This document shows positions 13,101 through 25,600 of a stretch of DNA of 64,000 nucleotides, in pieces. The notes under the pieces are model-generated. The model was given only the letters and a program-made list of their open reading frames with translations. It was not told the origin of the DNA and searched no databases. A program made the translations under genes and the position numbers. Numbering within the stretch: the first letter of the stretch is position 1; every line of letters starts with the position of its first letter. The DNA is from Podarcis liolepis. Its lineage: Eukaryota. Location of the stretch: assembly GCA_965112155.1 (NCBI GenBank), contig OZ218101.1; one strand, written 5' to 3'.

Positions 13101-14651
13101 GATTCTAAATACAGTGGTGCCCCGCAAGACAAATGCCTCGCAAGATGAAAAACTCGCTAGACGAAAGGGTTTTGTGGTTTTTGAGCTGCTTCGCAAGACA
13201 AATTTCCCTATGGGCTTGCTTTGCAAGACGAAAATGTCTTGCAAGTTTGTTTCCTTTTTCTTAATACAGTTGCGACTTGACTTCGAGGAGCAACTCATAG
13301 AACGCGGTGTGGTAGCCTTTTTTGAGGTTTTTGGTGATTTTTGAAGCTTTTCCAAAACATTTCTGACACCGTGCTTCGCAAGACGAAAAATTCGCTAGAC
13401 GAAAAAACTCACGGAACAAATTAATTTCGTCTTGCGAGGCACCACTGTAATTATACAATATAAGGACAGATTCAAACTATTGATTTTTGTCCTTTGACAC
13501 CTAAACATTGAACAGTAAAATTACAGAACGACCCCCTGGAAATGTTTCTCTCCCAAACACAGAAATCACTACACATTCTTATCTAGCATAATTTGAATGT
13601 GCAAGCAATACTTACCATCAGCTACCTTCTTTGCTTTTTCCTTCTGTTCCTCTGAAGGTGACCCCTTTCCTTCTTCTGAATGTTCATTCTGGCCTGCAAA
13701 GCAAAATCATTAAGTATGGTGGATCTTTCAATTGGAAGTACAGTATTGATTGGGGCAAACTGAAATGTAAATTTCTCATGCAAGTTGGCAGAATCATGCC
13801 ATGCTTGCTTCATCTGTTGCAGCAGTTTTTATATTATTGCAGTTTTATAAGAGTATATATTTAAAGTAGATGAATAAATAAGCAAATTAAGTTAATTTGA
13901 ATATGCAGAAGATATAAAAAATATATCAGGAACAACAGAAAGAGGGGGAAGGAAGTCAAGTTTTGAAATGTTAAAATGATTGTAAAATTAGTGAAATGTG
14001 TAAACTTGAAAAGCATAAATAAAATTTAAAATAAAATAAATGTATTTTATTGGAGACTCCTATTCCGGTTTCTTCTTCTGTCCTGGACTTCTGCATTTTC
14101 TTACCTTACAGCCTGTAGAGGGGAAGAATATTTGAAAGTTCTCTAAAACAAGAACAGAACTGCTTCAAGCAGCAGCGTTTCTACATGAGAGGAAACTCGA
14201 AAGCTAACAGCTGCTGGCAATAATGGATTGAAACCAGAAAGCGGCGTGAGCAAGCTTTCCTGTAAATTCACCAGAACACTTCTTCAACCTGGATGATGCT
14301 TTGCAAAAACGAGGGGGGGGGATGAAGGGGCATATTGAAATTGCAGTCTGGTAACCCCCCCCCCCGCGCGCGCACCCCACACCCTTCGGTGTCCAGCTTG
14401 AAGAACCCTGGTGCCCTCGAAAGCTCGCGCACGACTTCGTGGCGCTTCAGTTTCGCCCTATAAAGGTATTTTCCCGACTGTTTCTTTAAAGTGTGCCATA
14501 CTAGTGGAGTGTTGCCAACGTTACTGAGAGCAAGGGGTAGTTTCGAGGGGAACCCCATGCTGGCAAGTCTGGGTAATGGCGGGAAATGGAGAGGGGAGGG
14601 AATGGGGGTACCTTTTGCGTCTTTCGCCTCCTGCTCCCCCTTCGGCTCCAT
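625..14651 (-). CDS. CFAP44: Cilia- and flagella-associated protein 44 (WDR52), 5' part (448 codons in window); gene continues beyond the left edge
   Basis: Exons (minus): 14612-14651, 13616-13693, 10558-10638, 9556-9733, 8363-8525, 7579-7681, 6529-6745, 4554-4668, 3374-3538, 1374-1529, 625-672. All phases join in frame (1344 nt). Translation contains [113 protein letters not shown] and [17 protein letters not shown], matching the CFAP44 N-terminal WD40 region as I recall it. The first three acidic exons are less certain. Confidence 0.93.
2270..2592. mobile_element. hAT-type MITE with internal tandem duplication
   Basis: Imperfect TIRs CAAGGGTCAGCAAAC / GTTTGCCTACCCATG; degenerate 8-bp TSD CTCAAATC/CTCAAAGG; near-identical to 4814-5135. 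Confidence 0.75.
2842..3221 (-). mobile_element. Sauria SINE, full length
   Basis: tRNA-like head (GGTTCGAATCCC) and BovB-like tail (TTTACCTTT) on the minus strand; TSD CACTGTTAATA at 2831-2841 and 3221-3231. Confidence 0.85.
3811..4062 (-). mobile_element. tRNA-derived squamate SINE
   Basis: Minus strand starts GAGAGCCAGTGTGGTGTAGTGGTTAAGAGC...GGGTTCGTGTCCCC (A/B boxes), followed by GGTGACCTTGGGCCAGTCAC. Confidence 0.65.
4814..5135. mobile_element. hAT-type MITE
   Basis: Perfect 8-bp TSD GTCTGGGA (4806-4813 and 5136-5143); same family as 2270-2592 and 19338-19594. Confidence 0.85.
10124..10208. repeat. (TTTC)n microsatellite
   Basis: Directly visible. Confidence 0.9.
11390..12300 (+). mobile_element. 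Degenerate CR1 LINE 3' fragment
   Basis: Broken ORFs [34 protein letters not shown] and [23 protein letters not shown]...[13 protein letters not shown] are CR1 ORF2 C-terminal motifs; tail ATTCTAATGTTCTTATG. Confidence 0.85.
11622..11757. mobile_element. Short palindromic hAT MITE nested in CR1
   Basis: TIR CAGGCTTCCTCA/TGAGGAAGCCTG; perfect 8-bp TSD ATATTGAT. Confidence 0.85.
12351..12576. mobile_element. Tc1/mariner-type MITE
   Basis: TA|CAGTGGTACCTC...GAGGTACCACTG|TA. Confidence 0.85.
12762..12987. mobile_element. Tc1/mariner-type MITE, inverted copy of 12351-12576
   Basis: Same TIRs and TA TSD; internal sequence is close to the reverse complement of the previous copy. Confidence 0.85.
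13112..13447. mobile_element. Tc1/mariner-type MITE (CAGTGGTGCC family)
   Basis: TA|CAGTGGTGCCCCGCAAGAC...GTCTTGCGAGGCACCACTG|TA. Confidence 0.85.
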
Positions 14652-14780
14652 GGCAGGTGTACGCCGGTTGCTAAGCAACCGAATGAAAGGCGCGCCAAGA
14701 TCCCTGGGAAGTTGAGTTCAAAACCTGCTTCGGCTCAGAGCGCCTGCGCAGCAGCAGCATAGTAAGAAGTAACATCGATG
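14220..14780. promoter_or_regulatory. CpG-island promoter of CFAP44
   Basis: High local CpG/GC density around the first coding exon. Confidence 0.7.
14665..14681. promoter_or_regulatory. RFX X-box (perfect palindrome CGGTTGCT-A-AGCAACCG) at the CFAP44 start
   Basis: Matches the X-box consensus GTTGC-N1-3-RGCAAC and lies 13 bp upstream of the predicted ATG of a ciliary gene. An NRF1-like GCGCCTGCGCA lies at about 14740-14750. Confidence 0.8.
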
Positions 14781-15699
14781 AGCAGCTTGCCCTTTTTCTC
14801 CCCTCTCCCGTCCGATTACTCTAATATAATAATATACGCTGCTGTGCACAATGGAGACAAAGCTACAAATATTTAAGGAATTCCAGGGGGAAGGAAATAT
14901 TTATTTACTTTAGTCATTGCCATTTGCAAATGTATATAACGGGTAACATCGGTTTCTCTCCGTGCGTGTGAAATCGGGGAGTCCTATTGAGTTCAATAGG
15001 CTGCCTCCCAAGTGTGCCCGCTTCATTTAAAATAATGAGGATCGCGCCTTTAATAACTGCATTAACAGGGCAAAGGGGTTTTTCTTCCTGGAAGTGGGGG
15101 GGGGGGGGAGAGAGAGAGCCTTCCTTGCTAACTTTTAATTGTTACAATGCCTGCCAACATTTTTCTGGCAGGTTTTCTGTCTGCCGAGCAGAAATTCTGC
15201 CGGTGTGGCTACAGCGAGGGGAAAAGACGGCACCTGCTGAATTTCCTCTGCGGGGATCTTCCAGGAGGAGCAGAGAAATATCCCTGTTGTGTGGTTGCCA
15301 AATGAGTGCCCGTCCACAGCTCTCCATTTTCTAATACCTATTTTGTTTTATTGGTGGGACGGCCACATTGATCCAGAGGAGCTAATATCTGCCGGATCCT
15401 ATATAGAATTAGGTTCCCTAAAATCTACATAGGATCGCACTGTTGCAACGCACTATGTGCCTGCTTAGATCTGTCCCCAATATAATTTAATAGTCTTTTA
15501 CGTTTTACTACATGTTTGGGGGGGTTATTGGTTCGTTTTGCTTTTGCTCTTGTTTTTATTACGTATTTTGTGTGTTTCTATTTCCTATTTCTAATGCTGT
15601 CAACCCCCCTGAGATCTTCGGATGAAGGGCGGAACACTAGTTTAATGAACGATAATAATAAAGATGGTGTTAACGACGCTTGAACAATGCAGCCCACTG

Positions 15700-16520
15700 A
15701 TTTTAATGAACTTGGGCGCACCTAAAGCTGTACAGGATCGGACTGCGCACACAGGCAAAACCGCCGGGGGGGGGCTCATTCATTCATTCATTAAAAAACT
15801 TGGGTGTTAAGGTAAGCCTTTCTGAACATAGAAGAACTTCCTTCAGAGATTAAACTGCCAGGGGTCATCTGGCTTGTACAAACGAAGTTTCTTCTTCGCT
15901 CTGAACTCGGAGAAATAAAAACGAGAGGAGAGGCCTGGCAGGTAGCGAGCCGGGAGGCGGGACCAGTCCTTCCTTGCAGGGGGAGAGGCGAAGCACCTGC
16001 CGGAATGCGCCTTAGGGCGCAGCTGGAGGAAATGGGAAAGCGCTCCAGCAACAGGTGCCGGGGGAGATCAAGCCGAGGGAGGAAGGGAGTTGCTTGCATC
16101 GGCTCGCTCCTTTCCAGATAATACTAACAATAACAATAATCGTAAAAGGCGAGGCTTCCCTTCTCAAGCGGGAAAGCAAGGCCAACACCTCCCTGAGTTA
16201 GGAGTAGAGGGTGAGGTTTGTTTGCGCAGAGGGATCCGGCCGGTGGGCGGAGGAGGCGGCGCCATGGCCTGGAGCTGGCGATGGCAACACCTAGGGCTCT
16301 TTCTCGGCCTCAGCTGGCTCCCGACAGGTGAGTCGTGGGGGGCGGCGAAGGGAAGCTGGAAGGGGGAAAGGAGCTGCCTCCCGATCTCCGTGATCTTTCG
16401 TCTTTTCCTTGCTGGCGGCGACTGGTTTTAGTAGGCGATTGTCTCCTAAAGTTTCCTCCCGCCCGATTCCTTCCTGCTCCTTCGCTTGTTTACAGTACTT
16501 TCCTCAAAGGCAGGTCTCCG
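15700..16520. promoter_or_regulatory. CpG-island promoter/exon 1 of ILDR1
   Basis: CpG-rich, GC box (GGGCGG near 16245), strong Kozak GCCATGG, several CACCTG/CAGGTG E-boxes. Confidence 0.7.
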
Positions 16521-16598
16521 GGCTAATCAGGCATGTTTTAAGTCTCTCCATATTGTTTTATCTTCTTGGTCCCAGGGAGGAGAAGTTGTAAAATTGCC

Positions 16599-16636
<38 letters not shown>

Positions 16637-19600
16637 GTCCTTGTCCTTTTAAAATCGTATTTGCTGTAGTTGTAAACTTACATACACACAGAGTGGATAC
16701 ATATGTAAAGAACTTTTGTCCTCCACAAAAATAAGTAAGAAAGGGTAGAAATCTATGTACTAGCTAGCATTTGGTGTCAACAGTTTAGCCACAATTCTAT
16801 TTACTGTACATATGTGTAAGCATGTGAAACGTTCACTGGTTTATCTCCCCATTGCCCTCCTAGATATTAGGTGCAGCATACTTTAAATAAGATGTTGATT
16901 ATTATCAATAGGACTGTAGCTCGGCTGCTTTGGAGGAAAATGCATGTACAGTGCAGTGTGTAATGGCAATGAATTAGACTAGATGGAAGTATGCCTTATT
17001 GGTTTCAGTAAGGTTTACTTCCTGGTAAGTATAATTAGAACTGCAATCTAAATATATTTCTCGTCTCTATAATTCGAATGTAAATTATATTTTTAAACAA
17101 GAGTCTTCACATTCTGTCCTGTATTAACAGTTCTCACTTGAACACACAAAATAGAAGTTACAGCCATGCAGCCAAATACGTTGAGCCCCGGTACTAGTTT
17201 AATTTATTCCCAAGTAAATACATTTAGGATTGCAGTAATGTCACAGCCACAAAAATAACCAGTATGTGCACTTCTTAAGCCCCTGGCCATTCATTCTTGT
17301 AAAGGCACTTCATTCCAACTAGGTGCTGTCAAGTGTGTTTGAGTAATTCTATCTAACACAGTGTTTATATTATGTTATCTCAAGTACTGTTGATATCTTT
17401 GGTATTGTTAATGCCTTGAATACTTTTCTGGTATTATCGTGTATACCTGTGATAGGGAAAACACAGGAGTCTGGCTAACCTAATGTGTATTTAAAAGCTG
17501 TTTAATAGTATTAAATAGTATAGCGATAGTATTATATTAAATTGTATTTGGCTATAATTGAGATATATTTTTTAAAGATTTAACAACAAGCCTTTCTCTC
17601 TTTTCCGCTTATTTCCTTCTTGGTTATGTTTTGTCTAATGCTGTATATTGTTTTCTTGATAACCTATTCTACATTTCATAGACAGTTAACTCTCCCAAAA
17701 ACATTTATGTTGATAGTGTGGAATTAATAGTATATATCATCATCATCATTTTTTATTTGTATACCGTCTTTCTATCTTACAATACTCAAGGTGGTTTACA
17801 AGCTGAAGAAACAAAAAATGTACAGTCTAATTCAATACAAAAATGTGATAAAACAAAACTTTAAAATAAACAACCTACATCAAAAAGTAACATTCAACAG
17901 TTAGAATCGTACAAAATAATAATATCAACATATGAAAGTTAAACAGAAATCCACTCAACAGTTACAATAAATAATTTCTAAACTATAATCAATAAAACAA
18001 TGGCAAGCCACAGTACATAAAATAATACAATACAAATTGAGAAGCAGAGATTAGAGGGTGGGGCAAGGCAGGTGGAAGGAGGCCTTGCCTGACGAAGTCT
18101 CCCCTCACAGTTCTTCCTCCAGGCACAGCTCCCTCATGAGTTTTTGTGGCAAAACCTATGCACAAGCCTGCAACCTCCCTATTGCATGAGTCAGAAAAAA
18201 ATATTTGTACTCTGTTAAATTCAAAGTGCTAGAGAAGTCTCAACCCTGATTTATCTATTACAATGGAATCATGTGTGTCAACTCACAAGTAAGAGCCATT
18301 AAATTCAATGAGTCTTGCTCCCAGTGATAGGATTTCAGCCCGACATATGAGTTGGGGCAGGATATTTTACACATATTTGATACACATATTAGCACAGTTG
18401 CTCGTGACATATTTTTATACACCTCTGCGAACCACTGCTCTGCATTTAGAGAAAAGGTCTTTTTGGAACACTGAAGACTGGAGTCAGGGGTGTGTGTTTA
18501 ATAGTATGTTTTAATTATTGTAACCCACCCTGGGACCTTAGAGTGAAGATTGGAGGAGGAAATTAATAGTAAAGCTCTGTTTTGCAAGGGCTAGCGTATA
18601 GGCCCCCAAACTAGCATGTTTTCAAAAATATACAGGTGCACATCATGTGTAACCTAGGGATATAGCCCAGGTAGTAGAATGCCCTTGCAAGATACAATGG
18701 TACCTCCGTTTTCGAACATTGATGAACAATTCGGTTTTCAAACGCCTTAAATCCGGAAGTAAATGCTTCAGTTTTTGAACACGCCTCGGAAGTCGAACAT
18801 GCCACGAGGCTTCTGCTGAGTGCAAGATCCTAAGGCCTAGCTGTTGGCTATTGAGTTTTTGGTTTTCAAACGTTTCAGAACTTGAACTGTCTTCCAGAAT
18901 GGATTATGTTCGAAAACCAAGGTACCATTGTACTTAGAAGCAAGCAATAGATACAAGGCCAGAGCTCTTGCAGAAAATGAGAGTTCTTGAAAAAGTTGAA
19001 CAAAAAGTAGTGAGGGCTGTTCCAAAGAAGAAGAGAGATTGGGGATTGTTAGTACCAGGGTAAAATCCAAAAAGGTGGTAGAAAAGGGAAAGTTTTCTTT
19101 GACATGGCAAACTGTACTGAGTGGACATGATGGAAATGGCATGTGAGAAAGGCATAAGAGGTGCAAGAAGGACACAGGGCTATAGCTCAGTGGTAAAATG
19201 TCACCTTGGCATTCCAAAGATCCCAGGTTCAAGCCTTGGCTTCTCCAGCTAGGGCTGGGAGAGACTCCTGCCTGAAACCCATGGGAAACCCCAGGAGAAA
19301 AGGCTTGCTTAGTTTAGGGTGCGTAAAACATCTAATGCATGGGTAGGCAAGCTAAGGCCCGGGGGCCAGATCTGGCCTAATCGCCTTATAAATCCGGCCC
19401 ACAGACGGTCTGGGAATCAGTGTGTTTTTACATGAGTAGAATATGTCCTTTTATTTAAAATGCATCTCTGGGTTATTTGTGGGGCGTAGGAATTCATTCA
19501 TCCCCCTCCCCCCCCAAAAAATATAGTCCGCCCCCCCCACAAGGTCTGAGGGACAGTGGACCGGCCCCCTGCTGAAAAAGTTTGCTGACCCCTGATCAAA

Positions 19601-22600
19601 TGGATTAGCAAACAAAGACTCACAAAAGGGTGTGCTGGTTTGGGTCGGGTCTTTGAATGGATTGTTTCCAGGTGAACAAAAGAAATGTGACCACCATTTC
19701 CTGCTTGGCGAAAGGAAAATGAGTTTCAGAGTAGAGTTGTAGCGCAGACTGAAGAGTTCTTTGTTAATTGTTTAATAGTATACTTCTCGTGGAGACTCTG
19801 AAGGCTTGCGTACGCTTCTGCTTGTCAAGTGCCCAGAAAGCATGAGTCCAAGCAGTTTTCTGTTTGCCCTGCTGCTTTCCTAGGGAAAACCCCACTGCTT
19901 AGCACTGAAACACAGCTATCTGCAGAAAACCAAATTGACCTTCACTCCAATTCAGCAGTAAAGAGCACGTTTTCCTAGGTGAAAGCGGGACTCTGGATTA
20001 GCCCTCACTCTCAGGGTTTTCAATAGCCAATGGATTGGCGATGTAACATTTCTTTGATTGAAATCACCCCATTATATGAGGGATCCTGGTGCTCCCTTTT
20101 AGTTTCACTGGAGGGTGTTGGTGGGATCTTTCGTGTACATTTTGTCCTAATTTGCTAGATCTTTTCAGGTTACTCTCCCAGGCAAAATTGAGACTTTTAA
20201 GGCACAGCGCTCATATAGTCACATCAAGTGTGACTGAAGCAATCAGTTTCCTGTAGGTTGGATATGGATCTTCTCTGTTATAGCAGGGAGTATAAAGTTC
20301 CAAACATAGAATTCCCACAGACTTGGCCAACCTGAAGAACTCACATTCCCCATTTGTGAAACTATTACGCCTCCCCTACCCTTATTGTGAGAGAATACAA
20401 GGCCTGCCCTCATCCCAACTTCTAAGACATCCTGAATAAAGCTGTCGTTTACACAGCTTCTTCCCTATGACATTTCTTCATCTATCTTACACTTGCTCCT
20501 GCTGCTGGTAAATTCAAAAGATTATGGCACTGCTGTCTTCCAAAGCCCTATCAGATCCAGAACTAGGAAGAAGTAAGTCCTGTGGGTACAGACCAGACGC
20601 AAACTGTAGAATATGTCTGCATAGTCACACAAGTAATGAACTAGTCCTTTGAAAAACTTTATGTAACTTGATTTTTGATTTATTTATTTTTTACTAAATC
20701 TCTGTATACTTAGTTTGCTGTCTGCATGGGTAGATTCCCCACCCCCGGGGCATAGGGGTGCTTTTTATGTGCTTACTGATAGCTGTTGTTCGTGTTCTTC
20801 ATTGCAGGTTGCTTCTCCATCCTGGTGACTGTGCCAGTTGCTGAGCGATACACAACTTTATTTGCCTCTGTGACCCTCAGGTGTGACTACAGTACCTCTG
20901 CCCCACTGCAGGATGTGCTAGTTACCTGGCGCTATAAGTCCTTTTGCAAGGATCCCATCCTTGACTACTACAGTGTTGGTGAGTGCCACTGATTCTTGCG
21001 GCCACCACCAAGGATTGCTCTCCACACACATGAGAAGAGGCAGGAAGGAGGGAGGGAGCCCCAGGGAAGACAGTTGTTTGACTTGTTGTTCTCCAGAGCC
21101 AAATAATGGGGAAGCTGATCTCTTCGGTCCAAAATGGATGGAGTGATAGATAGAAGATGCTGCTTTAGGAAATGACTGCTTGTGCTTTCACTTTTAAGAC
21201 ACTGTGTTATCTTTGGAATGCATGAGACCCTAGAGGGCTCTGTGATTTTAGGAAAGGGAGCCTTTCACTTTCAGTCATGCTCTCCTTTGGCTCTAGCACT
21301 TTCAATTCAAAAGGAAAAATCTGAAGTTTAAGACTAATTTCTCCTCTAATACTGAGCTCAACCAGAGAGTGCCGACAAATTCAGGAAGAGGATTGAGACT
21401 TGTGTTGCACTGCACTTTGGCCTGTAGTCTGACATGGATGAACCCCAGCCCACCTTCTAAGTTGGGGGGCAGGGAGGGAGTGTCTTTAACCTCACACCCT
21501 ATTTTCAGAGGCACCCTAGAGCCAATCTGGAACTTGTTGCGATATTGGAGAAGGGATTATATCTCACATTGAATGAGGAGCAAAGGTCCCTACAGTCAAA
21601 AATGCTGGCAGGCTATCAAGGCTAGCCAAAGGTTGTGAGCCTTTTACCCATCATCCTTCAGTCTGGATAGGCTTAGTGAGATGCTCAGAGTTCTTGCAAT
21701 TTGAACCATGAATTATAGCTTTCACTATTGTAAAATTAGATTAAAAGTATTGGGTTTCCAAAGCATTGTTTTAGTTATCTGTATGGTCTAATGTCCACCA
21801 TTTTTTTCTTCCCTCTTTGTGCCAAATCCTGGTAGCTTACCCTTGATTCAGACTGTGAATGATGGGCTTGCCAACTTTTTCAAATATATCCCAAAGTCTC
21901 ATCCCACATTGTTTCCCCATATGCCCAGCAAAGTTTGCAGTTCATATAGCATCAGAGCTTGCTGTCTCCGGAAGTTAATTGACTCTTTGGTAATTTCTCC
22001 TCTCTACCCCCATAATTTTTTTCTGTTGTTACCACTTATAAAGGGACAGGTGATAAACATAGTGTGACCTCTCCTCACTGGAATTTTAAGGAGCACTATT
22101 ATGAATTCAGTACTTTGGATTTAAATAAACTGGCATTCATTTTGTAATTCATCCCCTTTGTTTCTTGCAGCCTATCAAGCAGGCCTAGCTATTGGCCAGG
22201 ACCCTTCCAATGACTGCAATGACAATCAGCGAGAAATACGCATTGTTGCTCAGAGAAGAGGGCAAAATGAACCTGTGCTTGGTGTTGATTACAGACAGCG
22301 GAGGATAACCATTCAGAACAGTAAGACCATTTGAGCAGGGACTGGGAAACTGTGACCTGTAGAGGTCTCATTAGTGCTAAGGAAACACAGCCTTAAGCAG
22401 CACAAAGTAATTGTATCTTATGGAGGTATAAATGACTCGGAATGTAGTTTCAGCTCCCCAAAAGTCTGTTTGCACAATAATTTTTGCAATTCAGGAATGT
22501 GCTGTCATGGTATGAGAAGAATATCACCCAGTTGCCTACTTTCGCCATGCTGTGTTTTTTCTTCATAGAAGCAGATCTCCTGATCAATGAAGTGATGTGG

Positions 22601-25600
22601 TGGGACCATGGAGTCTACTACTGTAATGTTGAAGCTCCAGGAGATACAAGCGGTGACTCAGACATAGAGGTCAAGCTCATTGTTCTCAGTACGTAGCGCT
22701 GTTCTATTTTTTAAATTTTATTTTAGGGTGACCTTCTCTTCATTTTTTTTCTTACCATTTATGAAGTTTTAGAGAACAAAGCATGGAGAAAAATGAGCCA
22801 TGCTCTGATCCTAATGATGTTTACTTCCAGGGTTATCACTTATTTCAATCCACATATTAAAAGGGGAGAAGAAGACACCAGCAATTCCTGATCTTGTACA
22901 AACACAAGAGCCGTATCTCTTGCCTCTGGCCCTTCCGAGCACTGGCATTCAGTTCTCAAAAGGCTGCCCTCAAAAGGCTACCGCGAGATAGGAAGACATT
23001 ATTTCTGTATGCAACCACTCCAGCAAGGATCCTACTTGCAAAAATCTGGAAGGGAAATTACATTGGATGCTCGGGTCGCGAACGTGATCCGTGCGGGATG
23101 CATGTTTGTAACCCGTGTCTGCGCACGCGGGGGTTGCGATTTGGTGCTTCTGCGCATGCGCAAAGCACAATTTAGCACTTCTGTGCCTGCACGGCCACCG
23201 AAACTCTGTGTGAACGCCATGTCTGTTTTGGATGAGCTATCTTGTGAGGGAAGATTGCGGAAAGCTTCCTTTTTGGTGCAGGAAGCTCATCGTACAGGCA
23301 TCTAGTAACAAGAAAATCAAGGTGATGGGGGATGATAATAATGTCCTCTTTCCCCCACCAGACTGGCTGACTGTCGTCCTTATTGTCCTTGGTGGCCTCC
23401 TCCTCCTCATGCTGATAGGGGTGTGCTGGTGCCAGTGTTGCCCTCAGCATTGCTGCTGCCATGTGCGCTGTGCCTGCTGCCCAACTCGCTGCTGCTGCAA
23501 TGAGAAAGGTAAATCGGGAAGCAGGCTGTCTGCCCCTTGCATTTGTTCCCAGGGAAACAATAACAACAGAAGGTAAAGGGACCCCTGACCATTAGGTCCA
23601 GTCATGACCCATTCTGGGATTGCAGTGCTCATCTCGCTTTATTGGCCGAGGGAGACAGCTTCCGGGTCATGTGGCCAGCAGGACTAAGCCACTTCTAGTG
23701 AACCAGAGCAGCGCACGGAAACGCCATTTACCTTCCCGCTGGAGCGGTACCTATTTATCTACATGCACTTTGACGTGCTTTCGAACTGCTAGGTGGGCAG
23801 GAGCAGGGACCGAGCTCACCCCGTCGCAGGGATTCGAACCGCCGACCTTCTGATTGGCAAGTCCTAGGCTCTGTGGTTTAACCCACAGCGCCACCCACGA
23901 CAAAACAGGTGTATTAAATCCAAAGTTGTTTTCGTACACGCTTTAACAACAAGCAAGCCACTTGGACGTCCTCTGTGGGATTTGGGGTGGTCGTGGGGGG
24001 GAAATACTGCTCAGTTGGAAACCTGACTCTGCATGTTATCCAAAATGTACACAAATAGGAAGGCCTTCGTAGTTTCCTCCAAGTAGTTCACGGTCATGTT
24101 TTATCCTCACACCAAGCCTGTGAAGTAGATTAGAATAAGAGACCATGATTAGCCTAAGGTCACCCAGTGAGCTTCATGGCTGCGTCAGGTTTTGAACCCT
24201 CGTCTCCCAGGCCCCTGATATGAAATTCTAACCACTATGCCCCATCTCCATCCCTTTCTGCCATTTGCATTTACTCTTCCAGCAATGTATAAATGCTCTC
24301 TTCATGGAACATGCCAAAGTAGACTGTAATTTTATGTTAAGGGCATTATGTAGGACAGAGTTTGCTAAACTTTTGGGGCCCATGGACACATTTGTGAACC
24401 AGAGAAACAGTCATGAACACCTTGTGTATTTATTAAATTTATTTCCCACCTTTCAGCAGCACAACATGCACACATAAATATAATGCAAACTACTCTATTG
24501 GATACAATTGAATGCTCCTTTCGAGCCTAATTTCAGCGTGGGGGGGGGAGGGGAGTCTGTGTATTGTTTCATGTCACCCCAATCTTGGAGCGGTGCAAGA
24601 TTCCAGGGGTTCAAGGCATTCTAAATCAAGCAAGGAGAAACCTCCCTGTCACTAATTTTGGTTTCCAATATTGCTATTCTATAAAATGGAGAGAGAGAGC
24701 ATGATCTCCAGAATGCTTGAGTGCACCTGTATAACATCTATTGCTTTTTCTGTCCTCTAGTGCTGGAACGACATCAGTTTATGAAACAGGCTCAACAACT
24801 TTTCCCGTGGATGACACACCACTCCCAGTCATCTTCATATCAACTAAATCCATTGCTACAGAGAGGTAGGGCTGCGTCTACAAGTCCCAAGGGAGTGAAT
24901 ATATTACAGCAGTTTAATGACTTGGATGCTTGTGGTTTGGCTTGATGATGTTGCTTCTCTCAGAGGTGAAAGAGCATCAGAGGCTACCAACCCAGCTGCT
25001 CAGAGGGTCAGGGCTGATTTCATTCGTTACACTGGCAAGTCGAAGCATGTAATCTGGTATCCGTAAAGACTTGGCATCTTGTTTCCCATAGTGACAAACC
25101 AGTTGTTTTGGAGAAAGCCCAACAAATGTTTCTGGGAAATCCACAACCAGGGGGTGTAGAAGAGAAACCTCTCCCGTTGTTTTGGGGGGTGTTTCTTTTT
25201 TCGTCCATCTGCAAACCTTGAAGTTTCCCAGGCCTACCAGTTCCTCTCTTTTGTACACGAATGGAGCAGCCCTGGGCTCCATGGGGATCCACACTCACAG
25301 AATTAGATTTCTATTTGCATTTAAGAAAGATTGCCCCTCTGTTGATTTCTTTTTGTAATCCACTTTTAACACCATCTAAGCTATTCACCATAATTACATC
25401 TTGTAGCATAGTGAACTCCATAGATTAATTATGCCCTGTGTGGTGATGTACTTTATCTGTCTTGGATCTACTGTCATCCAATTTCATTGGGTGACACACA
25501 CACACACACACACACACCCCGAGAGAGCGAGAGAGAGAGAGCACTTTTCTACCCTAGGCAAAATTTTAGAAACTGAGTTGCTTTTGTTTTCTAAACAATT

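Noticed and set aside
19175-19250. tRNA-like sequence GGGCTATAGCTCAGTGGTA...GGTTCAAGCC
   Set aside because: Broken stems, and it continues into a SINE body; a tRNA-derived SINE head, not a tRNA gene.
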